Source: Octopus bimaculoides (taxonomy: Eukaryota). Taken from it: DNA of 64,000 bases. The stretch covers positions 66,220,609-66,284,608 of the forward strand of contig NC_068987.1 of the NCBI RefSeq assembly GCF_001194135.2, given 5' to 3'. Positions 63,889 through 64,000 of this stretch are shown here, in pieces. The stretch's first letter is position 1, and each line of letters opens with the position of its first letter. The notes beneath the pieces are model-generated. The model did no database searches. It was not told the origin of the DNA and was given only the letters and a program-made list of their open reading frames with translations. The position numbers and the translations under genes are program-made.

Positions 63889-64000
63889 TCTGGTCAAAAC
63901 ATCGTTAAATACCATGAAAATACATCTTCAAATAAATGAAATATGAATTTTAGAAATTTAATTATATCTTTTGATTAGATTGTCTTACATTGTTGCTTCA

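Overview
AT-rich eukaryotic genomic DNA from a fragmented short-read assembly, with many N gaps that are nearly all flanked by (TA)n or (CA)n microsatellites. The repeat families and microsatellite load resemble a cephalopod (Octopus-like) genome; this is an inference. No complete host gene, RNA gene or CRISPR array is supportable. The window is mostly a transposon graveyard: at least seven R4/Dong-like (RLE-type) non-LTR fragments, three Penelope-like elements with a YRDD-type RT, two Tx1/L1-like fragments, an RTE-like 3' fragment with three C2H2 fingers, two Helitron helicase relics, several Tc1/mariner relics, SINEs, two inverted-repeat (MITE/foldback) elements and many microsatellites. The most unusual signal is at 59.9-60.55 kb: a dense hairpin/palindrome array at the 5' end of a Penelope-like element, with a diverged second copy at 1.35-1.53 kb, abutting a perfect 59-bp inverted repeat. 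Also notable are tandem R4/Dong clusters, a chimeric Tc1/maT element and one candidate minus-strand host exon near 61 kb. None of these is a demonstrated new system. Most ORFs in the supplied track are microsatellite, gap or antisense artefacts. All translations and alignments were done by eye, and boundaries of decayed elements are approximate.
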